This document shows positions 10,670-27,851 of a DNA stretch of 64,000 nt, one piece after another (within the stretch, counting starts at the first letter, position 1; each line of letters opens with the position of its first letter). Source of the stretch: Vermamoeba vermiformis (taxonomy: Eukaryota); the NCBI GenBank assembly GCA_045837725.1, contig JBEWZL010000152.1:1-64000 (forward strand), read 5' to 3'. The notes under the pieces were generated by a model, which had not been told where the DNA came from, ran no database searches, and was given only the letters and a program-made list of their open reading frames with translations. The position numbers and the translations under genes are program-made.

Positions 10670-11848
10670 TTAATCGACCTTTTTGAGCTTCTTTTTCAAT
10701 AAGAGTGGCAATAGAGCCGCGACGGCAATACCCGACAGTTTGAGAATGGTTGATACGCCGAACACATCGTTCGTTGACTTCAATTCTGCGAGTAAACCTC
10801 CTGCTTGAGCGCAGACTAAAAGGAATGGTCAATATGAATATAAAAGTGAGGTTACACTCGTCACGTACTGAAGTTGTATGGCATAAGTCCTATGAACGAA
10901 TGATCTGTTAGACGATACTGGCACTATTGTGTTATACTACTTACCAAAGAAGATTGCGGGCATGAATGTAAAGAGCGGCACATTAATCAAGGGCGAGGCA
11001 ATGTTGACGAGCCATTGAGGCACAACAGGTACAATGCGCAAGAAGATCATATAATAAAACATATCATTGCGGTTCTTTTCCACCTAAAATTACAGTGTTG
11101 AGTTTCGAGGGTTGATGAAAGTATTGTTTGGTAGCAGAAGAACTTACAGCGTCAGCCAGCTTCTTTACTTGACCAGAGAATATATTTTGTATAATACGAC
11201 GGCCAAGGATATCAGTCATAATATAACAGCAAGAAGCTCCCACGGCGGTCAACTAAAACGAAGATCAACATTCAGGATTGCACGTGGCTACGTCAGCTGT
11301 CAAAGTCTACTTACAGCACTGGCAATGAGAAAACCGTAAAATCCACCGAACATGCGACCTGCAAGAATATTCAACAAAGCTGCGCCCGGCAAGGAAAAGG
11401 TTTGTTTCCTGTTTAAGGCATTAGATTTCGGTTAGACCGCAGAAATATCGTCTAATAATACTTACATTATATACAATGATACAAAGAATAAAATAACATT
11501 ATTTTGGTGCGAGAATTTGAGCTGGTCAAACGCGTGTCCTAGATCTTTTAACTCATCCAAAGTTGTTGGCACTTTAATAGCGTGATGATTGGTAAAACTA
11601 TTTGGTGGATATTACGTGATTAACAATCTTATTTTTTCATAATTTTAATAAATTTTTGTTTTGATATTACCTTCGCTTTAGGATTGCTCCGTTGTGAAAG
11701 AAGCTGTAGACAGCCAAACATACCAATGTTGCTGCAACCGCAAATCGCACAAGGCGGTATGAATAGGACAACTCTGCTGGTTTATTTGGTGCTGTGGAAA
11801 AGTCAATCTGGATTCTGTCGGGTTATTAGAAGTACCTTTCGAGGCCAT
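10670..11848 (-). CDS. TMEM41/DedA (SNARE-associated Golgi protein, VTT domain) family membrane protein
   Basis: Motifs 'KQTFSLPGAALLNILAG', 'TAVGASCCY', 'IFLRIVPVVPQWLVNIASP' and 'CAQAGGLL'. C-terminal KKLKKVD (KKxx-like). Confidence 0.88.
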
Positions 11849-11949
11849 GCTGATTAATAATGCTTAACGTTTGCTCGCACTTGTTACTAGCAGCTAGGCG
11901 AATTGGAGATTGAAAAAGATAAAATTGCTTCGTCAGCAATGAACGAGCA

Positions 11950-11959
11950 GGCACGTGCC
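11950..11959. promoter_or_regulatory. GGCACGTGCC palindrome (E-box core) in a divergent promoter
   Basis: Perfect 10-bp palindrome in the 182-bp gap between the divergent starts at 11848 and 12031. Confidence 0.4.
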
Positions 11960-12030
11960 AACAAAAAAGTTGAAATCACCTTGCGTTAAATCCAGGTTTT
12001 AATGTTAGTGCAACAATAAACTACGAGACA

Positions 12031-15000
12031 ATGCTTGCTTTACGTAGAACATTGGCAAGCGCTCGTAAGCAGGCTGTCAAGCTCAGATCGGCCGCCAACG
12101 CATCTAGATCTTCTATTTCTTTGTTTGGGTAAGCTTACTAACTCGTCTTGTATTTTTTTATTAATTTACAGGGATAGTGCTACAAACAAACGATTAAATA
12201 AAGTCAGCCAGTCGAAGCTTGAGCCAGCAAAAAATTATTTTCGCACTCTGACCACCGGAGCAAGCGTAAATTATACTCCGATTCCTGGATTGAAGCGCGG
12301 CGAAGGTGAGCACTATTATTTGTATTGAGACTTAACAGATCTAATTTAATTGTCCAGAACGAAGCAAACTCCAAATTAATGTTGGTCAAAAATTACATAA
12401 TTACACGGTGACCGAGGTAAAATGATTATACATCCATAGTAGTTCCAATTATTAATATCTTTTAGAAAAAATTTATTCCAGAACGCAACATCACCGCGTA
12501 TTATTTGGTTCACGATGCAACTGGTGCACGTCACTTGCACATTGAAAGCGACGACACTAACAACGTATTTTGGTAAGAAGGCATCGCATGCGATTCATAT
12601 ATCTAATTTTAACTAATTCACGGCAGCACTACATTCAAGACAACACCGACTGACTCGACAGGTGTCGCGCACATCTTAGAGCACACCGTGTTGTGCGGCA
12701 GTGAGAAGTATCCCGTCCGCGATCCATTCTTCAACATGCTAAAGCGAAGCTTGAACACATACATGAATGCATGGACTGGTATGTATATCCGATAGACCTC
12801 GATGACTTCGATAGCTAAATGCGCATAGGCGGTGACTTCACGAGCTATCCATTCGCTACTCAGAACGAAAAAGACTATTACAACTTGTTGTCCGTGTACT
12901 TGGACGCAACGTACTTCCCGAAATTAGAAGAATACGATTTTATGCAGGAAGGTCACCGATTGGAACTGAGCAACCCTGAAGGTAAGTCGCTAATCGGTAA
13001 TAATAGATAATTGATACTTACATTGTGCTCTGCTATAGATCTCAACTCGCCATTGGAGTTCAAAGGTGTCGTGTACAATGAAATGAAGGGCGCTATGTCG
13101 GACACGTCACGTTTGTTCGGTGAACGTTTACAGTCGAATTTGTATCCTACCACTACATACACGCACAACAGCGGTGGCGATCCAAAGGACATCCCTAATT
13201 TGACTTGGAAACAGCTACGTGAATTCCACAAGACCCATTACCATCCCAGCAACTCGTACACGCTCACTTACGGTGATTTGCCCTTGGAACCGATTTTGAA
13301 GTTTATTCACAACGAAGCCTTGTCTAAGTTCACTCGCATTACGCCCAACACCGACGTTCAAGACGAGGTTCGATTTAAGCAGCCCAAAGAAGTGCACGCA
13401 ACCTGCCCGTCCAATCCAAGTACGATTATTTTGTAACAAAAGACTCAAGGACTAACGCTTGTTTAGTGGCACCTGATCCAGAGAAACAAAGCAAAGTGGC
13501 TCTCGCCTATTTGACGAACAAAATTACCGTAAGTGTATCACGCAGTCCTGCGTGACGATGTTCTAACTCTCACTAGGACGCGTACGAGAGCTTTGTAATG
13601 TCATTCTTGGGCATGTTGCTGACAGGCGGACCTAACTCACCGATGTACCAAGCACTCATTGACAGCAACATTGGTAGCTCTTACTCACCTTACACTGGCT
13701 ACGATGCTTCGAACCGCGAGTCGTTGTTCTCAGTCGGTTTGATGGGTATTAAGACAGAAGATGCTAAACTGGTCACTGACATCATCGAGAAAACACTTGC
13801 CAAAGCAGCTGAAGAGGGATTCCCAAAGGAGAGAATCGAGAGCATTTTACATCAAATTGAAATCGCGCAGAAGCACGTAAGTTGGTTAAGATCGTCGGTG
13901 AATCGCAATGACTAACTGGTATAGGTTTCCACCAATTTCGGTTTAAGTTTGGTGTCGGCTCTTACTCACATTTGGATCCACGGCGGCAACCCAGTGTCTG
14001 CACTGTCCCTCAACGAAATGATTGAAAGACTCAAGGGCGATCTGAACTCAAAGATTTTTGAAAAGAAGATCAAGCAGTATTTGCTCGAAAATCCGCACAA
14101 GTTAGCAATCTTAATGACACCAGGTATGTCGCTGATGCGTTGTTAAAGTTGTTGTTAATAACCCGTCATATTAGATGCCGAGTACACGAAGCGAGAAGCA
14201 GAGGAAGAGAAAAACAAGCTGGCTTCAATCAAGCAAAAGCTCGCAGAAAAAGATTTGAAAGAAATTAAAGAACGTGCGGGAGTGTTAAAGCAACGCCAAG
14301 AAGCAGTACCAGGTAAGGCGTAGACCATAGTAGTCTTGCGGGACTAACCCCCGAGTTTAGATCCGTCGTGCCTCCCTAAAATTTCACTCTCTGACATCGA
14401 GCGCGTGAAACCAAAGACTCCTATTCAAGTTGAGAATATTTCGTAAGTTACAAAACTACTTGTGAGTGACAAATTCTAACGTTTGGCAGTGATGTGCAAG
14501 TGCAATTTTGTAAGCAGCCAACCAACGGAATTTCGTACTTCACTGCTTTGTTGGACTTCAGCCAGCTGCCTGCCGATTTGAATATTTATGTGCCGCTGTT
14601 CTGCTCGGTGTTGACCGAAGTTGGCGCGGGTGATCTTTCGTACAGAGACTTTGCTCAAGAGACAGAGCTGTGTGCGGGAGAATTCTCTTCATCAACTTCT
14701 CTCGTCATTAATCATTCCGACGTGTCACAATTCAAGCGCAGTGCTTTGTTGCGATCATTTAGCTTGGAACGAAACACAGACAAAATGTTTGACTTGTGGA
14801 CCAAGCTGTTCAACGACCCGAGACTCGAAGACAAGGACAGACTCAAAACTCTCATATTAAACGTATGTAGGAGGAGTTGTGTTCTTCATTGTTAATCCAT
14901 TGGTTCAGATTCAAGCTGATATGTTGGACTCGATCACTTCATCTGGTCACTCGTATGCCAAGAGTTGGGCTGCGTCGTATTTAAGCCAAGCTCATGTATG

Positions 15001-16053
15001 TAATATTGAGTGATATCGTTCACATTCTTAACTGAGTTATCGCAGTACGTTTCAGAGACGTGGGACGGCATTACGCAATTTAATTTGATTCAAGACATCG
15101 TGGCCAACATCGATGACGGTGCTTTAGACAAAGTTTCCGAAGCTTTAAAGCAAATTGCTCAGCATGTCTTAAACAAAAATGTTATGCGTGCAGCTTTGAA
15201 TACCGAGGAGAAACTGATGGACGTGAACAAGGCGAGACTAAACAAGTTCTTCAATACTTTGCCAACACGCGCAACAACATCTGCCAACGTAAGCGACTGA
15301 CCTTGCAAGGCCTTACTAGTTGTACTAACACACGACAGACTCAACTTGACAAGCAAAGTGACCTGAGCACTCGTCAATTCTTCTTTTCAATTCCCGCGAG
15401 TATCAATTTCGTGGCTCAATGTTTCCCGACTGTAACTTACGCTCATCCTGACTTCGCCAAGCTTCAAGTTTTGTCAACAATGATGTCGCAGTCCTACTTG
15501 CACCGCGAAATCAGAGAGAAAGGTGGTGCATACGGCGGTGGAGCTGGTCAAAGCAATGGCATTTTCTATTTCTACAGCTATCGTGATCCCAATATCGACA
15601 AGACTATCAACAGTTTTAAAGGCGCTGTTGACTGGGTATTGAACGGGCGCAAGGAGAACTCCAACACGTTTAGTGAACAGGTATGGGCAATACAATTTGT
15701 TTTTATCTAATGTAATTGTAGAACATTGAAGAGGCAAAGCTGTCGCTTTTCTCTGATATTGATATGCCTGTATCTCCTTCCAAGAAAGGAATGAGCGAAT
15801 TCTTGACTGGCATTACCTGGGAAATGAGACAAAAGTACGTTTAATCTTTAATTTATTTTATCTGTAGTTTGCTGACTACTTTAGGCATCGAGAAAGGTTG
15901 TTTGGGGTTGAAAGAACAGACCTTCTTGAGGTTGCAGAAAAATATCTCCCTCTAGCTCAGCTAGACAAGAAGGGAGTAACCACTGTGTTTGGAGCTGAAG
16001 AACAAGAGAAAGAGATTCAAACTACTGGGCAATGGATTGTAAATGCAAAGTAA
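12031..16053 (+). CDS. PITRM1: Mitochondrial presequence protease (pitrilysin metallopeptidase, M16C)
   Basis: Arg-rich N-terminal presequence [18 protein letters not shown] inverted zinc motif near 12670; '[10 protein letters not shown]', '[11 protein letters not shown]' and 'YSYRDP'; many short introns. Confidence 0.95.
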
Positions 16054-16158
16054 CCAAATAAAATGTGTTGCGTGATCAAAAAAAAATGTGCTTTTCGTTG
16101 TGCTCTGTCCATTAATATTTCAAAACGAGTATTAGTTCCATTCACCACAGTAAGCACT

Positions 16159-18207
16159 ATGGCAAGCAAGACCTTCGACGCGTGTTTCTTGAAAGAAACC
16201 GATTCCGTCAAGCCACCCTACTACGAGGGTAATTTCTGGCTCGTTGACGGTGAAGTCAAAAAGTGGGATGGCCCTGTTACTAAAGTAAAGAGTCCTATTC
16301 ACGTTCAAGGAAAAGACGAAGCCGTCGTGATCGGTAAGCCAAAGGAAATTTTAAATCTGAAAAATATGGAATTCGCACAAATTGCCTATCCTTGGTGCGG
16401 GTAGTAATTTTTGAGATTATTACAATTTTTTTCTAAATTATTGGTTTGGTTCGAAAGGTTCGGTCTGAAAGTTTCAATCCGAACCTGCAACTGATCTGAT
16501 TTAAATGATTAGGCACTTATCCTATGCTCACTGAGAAGGAATCCATCGATGCCGTGCACGCCGCGCAACGAGCGTTCGATAATGGTCGCGGTTCTTGGCC
16601 CAGAATGACCGTGCGTACCTGCTACTTGATCGATGTTAATCTAATTATCCTGGCTAGACTAAAGAGCGCATCAACTACGTTAAGCAATTCGTTGCCGGCT
16701 TGAAGGCGAAGCGCGAAGAGATAGTCAATTTGTTGATGTGGGAGATCTGCAAGACCCGTGCCGATTCCGAGAAGGAGTTCGATCGTACCATCGTCTACGT
16801 CGAAGACACCATCAAGGTAAATAATTAATTATACTTACAATGAAGCTAATAATATCTTTACAGGCATTGAAGAACCTCGAGAACAAACAGAGTACCTTCG
16901 AACAAGAGCAAGGCATCATTGGCCAGATCCGCCGTTCTCCTTACGGCGTCGTTCTGTGCAGTGGTCCTTTCAACTATCCCTTCAACGAAACATACACTAC
17001 TTTGATCCCCGCTTTGATTATGGGCAACAGTGTCGTCATGAAGTTGCCACGATACGGTGTTTTGTGCCACTTCCCCACGCTTGAAATCTTCCAAAAGGTC
17101 TTCCCTAAGGGTGTTATCAACGTCATCAGCGGTAGCGGTCGTGCTACGATGCCTGCTTGCATGGCTACGGGTCACATTGATATCTTCGCCTTCATTGGTA
17201 CCAGCACCGCCGCGGATGCGATTCAAAAGGTAAGTTTGTATCTATTTCTCGTACTTTCGCAGTAAATATTCACCGTTGCTATTTAGGCCCACCCCAAACC
17301 TCACAGATTGAGAGTTTGTCTCGGTTTGGAAGCAAAGAACCCCGCCATCATTTTGCCCGACGCAGATCTCAATACAGCCGTTGAGGAATGCATCTTGGGT
17401 AGCTTGAGGTAAGTTGTAACATTTATTAACGAATTCTATCTAATCTCGCCACTCAAGCTTCAACGGTCAACGTTGCACAGCCCTCAAGATTATTTTTGTT
17501 CACGAGTCTATCGCCGACACTTTCGTTCCCAAGTTCGCAGCTGCAGTTGACAGCATGAAGATGGGATTGCCTTGGGAGAAAGACACCAAGATCACTCCTC
17601 TTCCCGAACAAGAGAAGCCTGAATATTGCCGCAAGCTCATTGAGGACGCCGTGAGCAAGGGCGCCAAGGTTGTTAACCCTCGCGGCGGTCAAATTGATCG
17701 CACATTTGTCGCTCCTACCGTGCTCTATCCAGTGAACGAACAGATGAAGGTACGTTGCATATTTTAAAAGCGTGTTGGTCACTAGATACCGGTGTTGACG
17801 CGATGTTTTATTAGGTCTACCACGAGGAACAATTCGGCCCTGTCGTTCCCATTGCTACTTTCAACAGCCTCGATCAGGTGTACAGCTATTTGGCTGCTTC
17901 TCAATACGGTCAACAAGCTTCAGTCTTCGGCAAGGACACCACCAAGATCTCCGAGCTGATCGACATTCTCGTCAACCAAGTTTGCAGAGTCAACATTAAC
18001 GCTCAATGCCAACGTGGTCCTGATTCATTCCCGTTCACTGGTCGCAAAGATTCTGCATACGGCACTCTGTCCGTGTATGATGCTCTCCGCGTTTTCTCAA
18101 TCCGATCTTGCGTTGCCACAAAGGAGAATACTACCAATACTGCGTTGTTCAACGAAATTATGGACACCAAAACATCGAATTTCTTACGAATGGATTACCT
18201 CTTCTAG
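16159..18207 (+). CDS. Aldehyde dehydrogenase, GapN-like (NADP-dependent non-phosphorylating GAPDH family)
   Basis: 'GPFNYPFNE', 'FIGTS', '[10 protein letters not shown]', 'SFNGQRCTA', 'EEQFGP' and C-terminal '[16 protein letters not shown]'. Confidence 0.9.
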
Positions 18208-18364
18208 AACACGTGTTCGATCTAAAATTTCGCGCGTTAATAAATGTGGTCGGTTGCATCACAATTAATTGTTGTAAATTGCATGTAAATAGCACAACAC
18301 AATTTTTGTAGATAGAGTGAATGTATAAATATTGAAGAGAGTAATTTTGGATCAGATCTGTCAG

Positions 18365-20474
18365 ATGACTTCGGTAAGATCAGTGCTTGGTCGAAATAAT
18401 GTTATTACATTACGATAATTAAACGTGATCTATTCCAATGATAAGTAATATCATTAAATAATCGCGATTATTAACCGGTAATTAATTAGGAATATTCAAG
18501 CTTACCATTTATCAAGAAGCAATTACGGAAAATTGCTTTCCTCTCGTGGCCAGTAATTATTGCCGAATTTTCTAGGCTTGGAATGGGCGTTACAGACAAC
18601 ATTTTTTTGGTAATCATCGTGCAGATCCACATCCGTCGTCGTTCCTGCATTTATCTAATCTTTCTTATTATTTAGGGTCACATCGGTAAAAATGAGCTTG
18701 CGGGCTCAATGCTTGCAGCATCATATTCATATTGCTCCTTGTACTTTGGAATTGGTACGGTACCATTGCACTCCTCACGTCTAATATGATTGATTCAGGT
18801 TTGATTTTTGCGTTGGACACACTCGTCTCGCAGGCCTTTGGAGCAAGTAAGGGCAACTATTTGATAGTAATAGTTCAGCTTCTAATATGGACGACAGAGA
18901 GTTTTCGACTGATTGGAACTTACACACAAACGGCACTTCTTGTCGTGACAATTTCAGCCATTCCGATTGGCTTGGCGTGGTGGTTCACGGAACCGATTTT
19001 GATATTTTTCAAACAGGTTAGTACGCGCAGCTTGCAGCTAACACTAACTAACGACACCATTTCAGCCTGCAGAAATTAGTCATTATTCTGGTCTGTTTTT
19101 ACAATGGAGTTTGCCGGGCCTACTTCCGTTATTATGGTGGAGAGTAAGTATCGGAATACCTCCGCTAGCTGATACACGTCGCGCTAATTTATCGGCAGAC
19201 GATTGGTCGGTATTTGACCAACCAAGGCATCATGTGGCCAGGAATGGTCATGGGATTAGTGGCATTCTTTCTCAACATCTTTTTCAACTGGCTGTTCATT
19301 TACGGCTTTGAACTCGGATTTATCGGCTCACCAATTGCAACGTCAGTGTCGCGTGTCATTTTGCCCGTGTTTTTGTGGGCGTTTGTTGTGATGCGCGGAT
19401 ATCATAAGCAAACTTGCTTCGGATTCCATAAGGAGTACGTACTAAACGCACAATGTATTTAGTTAACTCATCATGGTACAGATCCATTCAATGGCCAACA
19501 GTGCGAGAGTTCTTGAAATTAGCTTTTGCGAGTGTTGGTAAGTGCAGGACTCAACGAGTATTAAATGACTTACAGCTTGTCTTAGGCATGTTGTGGTTCG
19601 AAGTCATAGCAGGCGAGGCTATCACGTTGATGATTGGTTACTTTGACAAGCCCGAAAACCTCGCGGCACACGCCATCGTGTATTCAACACTCGGTGTATC
19701 ATTCATTTTACCAGTACGTATTAACGATGTAGCTTTTACAAGTCCTAATGATGCTGTTGTCGAGTAGAACAGTTGGTCGATAGGCTCTCAGACACGTATT
19801 GGCAATCTCGTCGGAGCAGGCAAGGCGATGAAAGCACGTGCTGTGACCTTCATCACCCTCATCTTTGCGATCACGTGGATGTTTTTGCACGCTGCAGTCA
19901 TGTTCTTCTTGCCTGAGCAATTGGTTAGCGTCTATTCAACGGATCAAGGTACTTAAACTTAATAATGCTGAATCACAGGCTTACTAACTGTTATATATTA
20001 GATGTTATGGATATCGCTAAGGTACTGATGCGCATCGGTGCATTGTGCACGATTGTGGATGCAGCACAAACAATGCTCGGAGGAATTCTTCGTGGTATTG
20101 GCAAGCCAACGCCTGGTACAATTGTACAGTTCTTAGCGTACTACGTTATTGCAATTCCTGTTGGTGCAGTAGTTAGTTTTTACTTCAAATGGGGCGATGG
20201 AATCTACGGATTTTGGTGGGCTCTCATTTGTACGTAGATTCAGCCATTTCGTCATAATAGCTAATCGTGTGATATTGTAGTGGGCCTATTTTTAGCATCT
20301 TGCGGCAATGCGATTTTCATTTGGCGAGCGGATTGGGAAAAGATCACCGCTGATGCGTTACAACTCGTTGGAAACAGCGGTGGCGACAAACTGGAGCACG
20401 AAAAGTTCTTAGATGGACTTGAAGATGACATAGAGCTTGACATTGACGTTCCTGAAGTTGAGCTAGAAAATTAA
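18365..20474 (+). CDS. MATE family efflux transporter
   Basis: 'ALDTLVSQAFGA', 'LGFIGSPIATS', 'RIGNLVGAG' and 'GGILRGIGK'; multiple hydrophobic segments. A 9-nt first exon (ATGACTTCG) is inferred. Confidence 0.9.
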
Positions 20475-20646
20475 ACTAAAGAGGCTTCTTAAGCAAAACG
20501 GATTTCTTAAAATCTAATCAATGTGCAGGTTAAAAATTTCGAGTACTTTCATGTATTATTGACTGCACCTTTTTTCTGGGATTAACAAAATCCACGAGCT
20601 GCGGCAAAAGATGCGCAGATTAGTGTTTTAATAATTTATTGCAACA

Positions 20647-22956
20647 CTAATACCAAATAGAAGTATTAGTTCCCTTGCAATAAGGATCGAATTGGAACGA
20701 GCCAGGTTCTTTGCTTTGCGCGATCAGATCCAACACACCAGTCACAGTCAACGCAACAGTGCACAATCCTATGACGATAGACAACATGAAACTGATCAAC
20801 GAGCTCTTCTTGTACTTTTTGACGAGGTAGCTGATCAAATAATTGCCGAATAATCCCGCTAAGAATCCTACGGGCATGAACCAACCACCGAGTTTGTACG
20901 GCAATTGACCGAGCAGCAAATACTGCATTACTGTCGAGGCCGCCGTGAAGATCTAGCGATTGAATTGTTAGTGAATAAATTACGTAAGAATTCGAATTGC
21001 CACTCGTTAAGTATGAACGAGAAAATTGAATTGAAATTGTTCTCGAATATTAAGCGTGACTATAAATAGCATTGTAATAGTTATGAGATACTTACAATCA
21101 TAAACGCGCTGGTAGCTGTTGCCACTTCAGGCAAGAGACCCATTTCCAACAAGACAGGTCCGTTCACCATGCCACTGCCAATGCCCAACACACCTGCTGC
21201 GGTACCTGCGCCGAAGCCTGTAGCCATCAGCCCGAGAATTCGCTTCTTGGATAATCGGAGGTCTCCGGGCTATGTACAAAAATGTCAATCTCAGCACGTG
21301 CACGAGCTCAAAAGCAGATTATCATTCATCGTTTTTTTGTAATAAACTATCTTTAGATCTGACAGATCCGAACGGTATTCAACTTTCAATAATAGCAAAA
21401 TTTAACAGATCCATAGCACAAGTACGTACCAAGAGAGGTATCTCGAGTGCCTCGCGTGCCTTGAAAGACTTGTAGACGTAAATAGCCGCAAACAAGCCCA
21501 CGAGGATCATCGTCACGACGAGTGCCGCGCCCAAGAGCCAAAACACTTCGCTGCATTTGTGCACGCCCATGTGACTCACATCGCTCTCACCACCGCCGCG
21601 CACAAAGGTGATGCCAAATAAGGCAAGCCACGTGGCTGCCAACAAAAAGATCTTCAGCACTGGTGTTTTAGACATGTAATCCAACACTTTTTGTTGTTTG
21701 GGCGTAGGATTGCTCAGTTTGCCTAGTAGAATTACCATATTTAGTAAAACGAAAACAGAAATAATGATCATTATTATTATAATCGCTTGTTAGTTGGCGT
21801 AGATGGAAAAGTAGTGCGTAAAGTGGAATAGCCTATTTCAAGCTAAAATTTCTATTTACGGCAATATTTTCTTCAATAGGCTAGAAAATATTATGGAACT
21901 TTCGATTGACAATTAAAATAATCGCAGTTTTCCAGCTACAAATAAATTTCATCATGTACTGCTTACTATTAATAAGAGGCTCGTTCTCGCCAGCATTGAC
22001 ACTTCTATTCTCTTTTTCTTTCTTCTCTTTGCGATGCAGTTCAAATGCTTTGACAAATGCGCGCCAATCGGTGATGCCGAGCAGCAAGATCAGCAAAATA
22101 ATGATGAACCAGCGAGGGAACATCGAGTACAACGTGACGCCCACAGCTAAATTTAAAATGTTACTAGATTAGCAAATATTTCCTTATTTGGAAAGTAGGC
22201 TACTAGCTCCGCATTGGTGCGGAAGTTTCAATTTCGTACCTGTACCGAGTAAATTCAACGGGGACATCAGCAAAGATATATCATAATCAATGAGGGGTCT
22301 ATTAGCACGCGGATGCCTAAATAAATATAATTAGTTAAAATTGGTTTTGGATGCGATCCACCGATAATTTATTTACCTCTTTCCTGCATTGACTATAAAT
22401 GTACTTAACGCTAGACCAAATATAGTTGCCTATAATACACGTTAATATTTGCGTAATTAATTGTTACGAGCTGAATTGAACGCGAGATTTTGTCAGATCT
22501 TACGCGTATTTATAAATAATTCCTTATGATTTATTCATTACCTTTGAAACTGGAATAGCCGTTTTGGGATCAATTCCCATCAGTAAAATCAAGACTGGGA
22601 CATAAATACCACCGCTAAATAAATTAAATAATTGTTAGATCGAGCGTGTCACAATTAATAATTATAATTCAACGTAAAATTCGCAATTATAAATATTTTA
22701 ATTATTATTAGTAATATTTATAGGCGTAAAAATAATAATTGCTTTCAAAGGAAATGATCCGACTTTGTAACGTCTCGACGAAAACAGTTTGTTACTGTCA
22801 ATAGGCAAGAATAGCATTAACATATAAACAATATATAAATAATTAATACCCGCCAATGCCAACAGATCCGCTCATTGCTCCGCCAATGAAAATCAGGGCG
22901 GTACCAACGCCGAGCTTCCAATCGAAAACCAGATCAGTTATGTCCCCAGTCGCCAT
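20647..22956 (-). CDS. Sulfite exporter TauE/SafE family membrane protein
   Basis: Duplicated 'GIGG' motifs (SVGIGG.GIYVPV; GVLGIGSGMVNGP), 'RPLIDYD' and 'PEVATATSAFM'. Confidence 0.88.
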
Positions 22957-23240
22957 TTATATTAATATATAAATAGAAATATAAGATATTAAATTACAAA
23001 ATGCAACTGTGGTGTTGCAGTTCAATTTGAGGTTGAAATCCAGAAAACTCAGCTGACTGTTCTTGTTTGCGCGTACCACCAAATTAGGACTGGGATATAT
23101 TATAATAAAATACAATATTTTTTAGCAAGGTGATCATCCTTAGACTTGCCAGCAAAGCACGATATAATAACTTTCAATACACAGCCGTCAAATTTTACAT
23201 GAAGATATAGTACAAAACAAGTAATATTATGTAAATGGTA

Positions 23241-27375
<4,135 letters not shown>

Positions 27376-27851
27376 TATAGCATGTACGGGAAGGAATTAA
27401 TCTTGAACCAAAGTACGTGCTCGTCTGCTTTGAAAATAAATAATGTCTGTTCCTAATTTTGTTCGGCATGACGGGGCTTGATGACCGGGCGTTCACAAAA
27501 ATCTTTTATTGCGTATCTTTTGTGTTAAAATTTATTTAGATATGAGCACAATTGTGTTTTTGTATGCTTACATTCCGTAATACTGCTTAGCAACTCCAGT
27601 TTTCCTTGTTTCGCGTTGCTACTCGAGATGCGTCCGCCGAAAAGCAAAATTCTGGAAGATTTATAGCCAAACTTATAAAAGAAAGCATTCTGCTTCCAAT
27701 AATTGCTAATTATTAATGATTATTTACTGGTAATTAAAACTAAAAATGACAAGCCAAAAATACCTCGAGGAGATTATTTTCAGCTACTGTGAACAAAGAC
27801 CCATTTTCAAGTTGACCATTTAATTAGCAAACACGTAGAGCAAGAGCAACC

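Noticed and set aside
16334-16512. TPP riboswitch in the intron
   Set aside because: Only scattered partial words (GGTGC, GAACCTG); the conserved CTGAGA and GATxxxGxTAATxCxxGCGxAGG core is absent.
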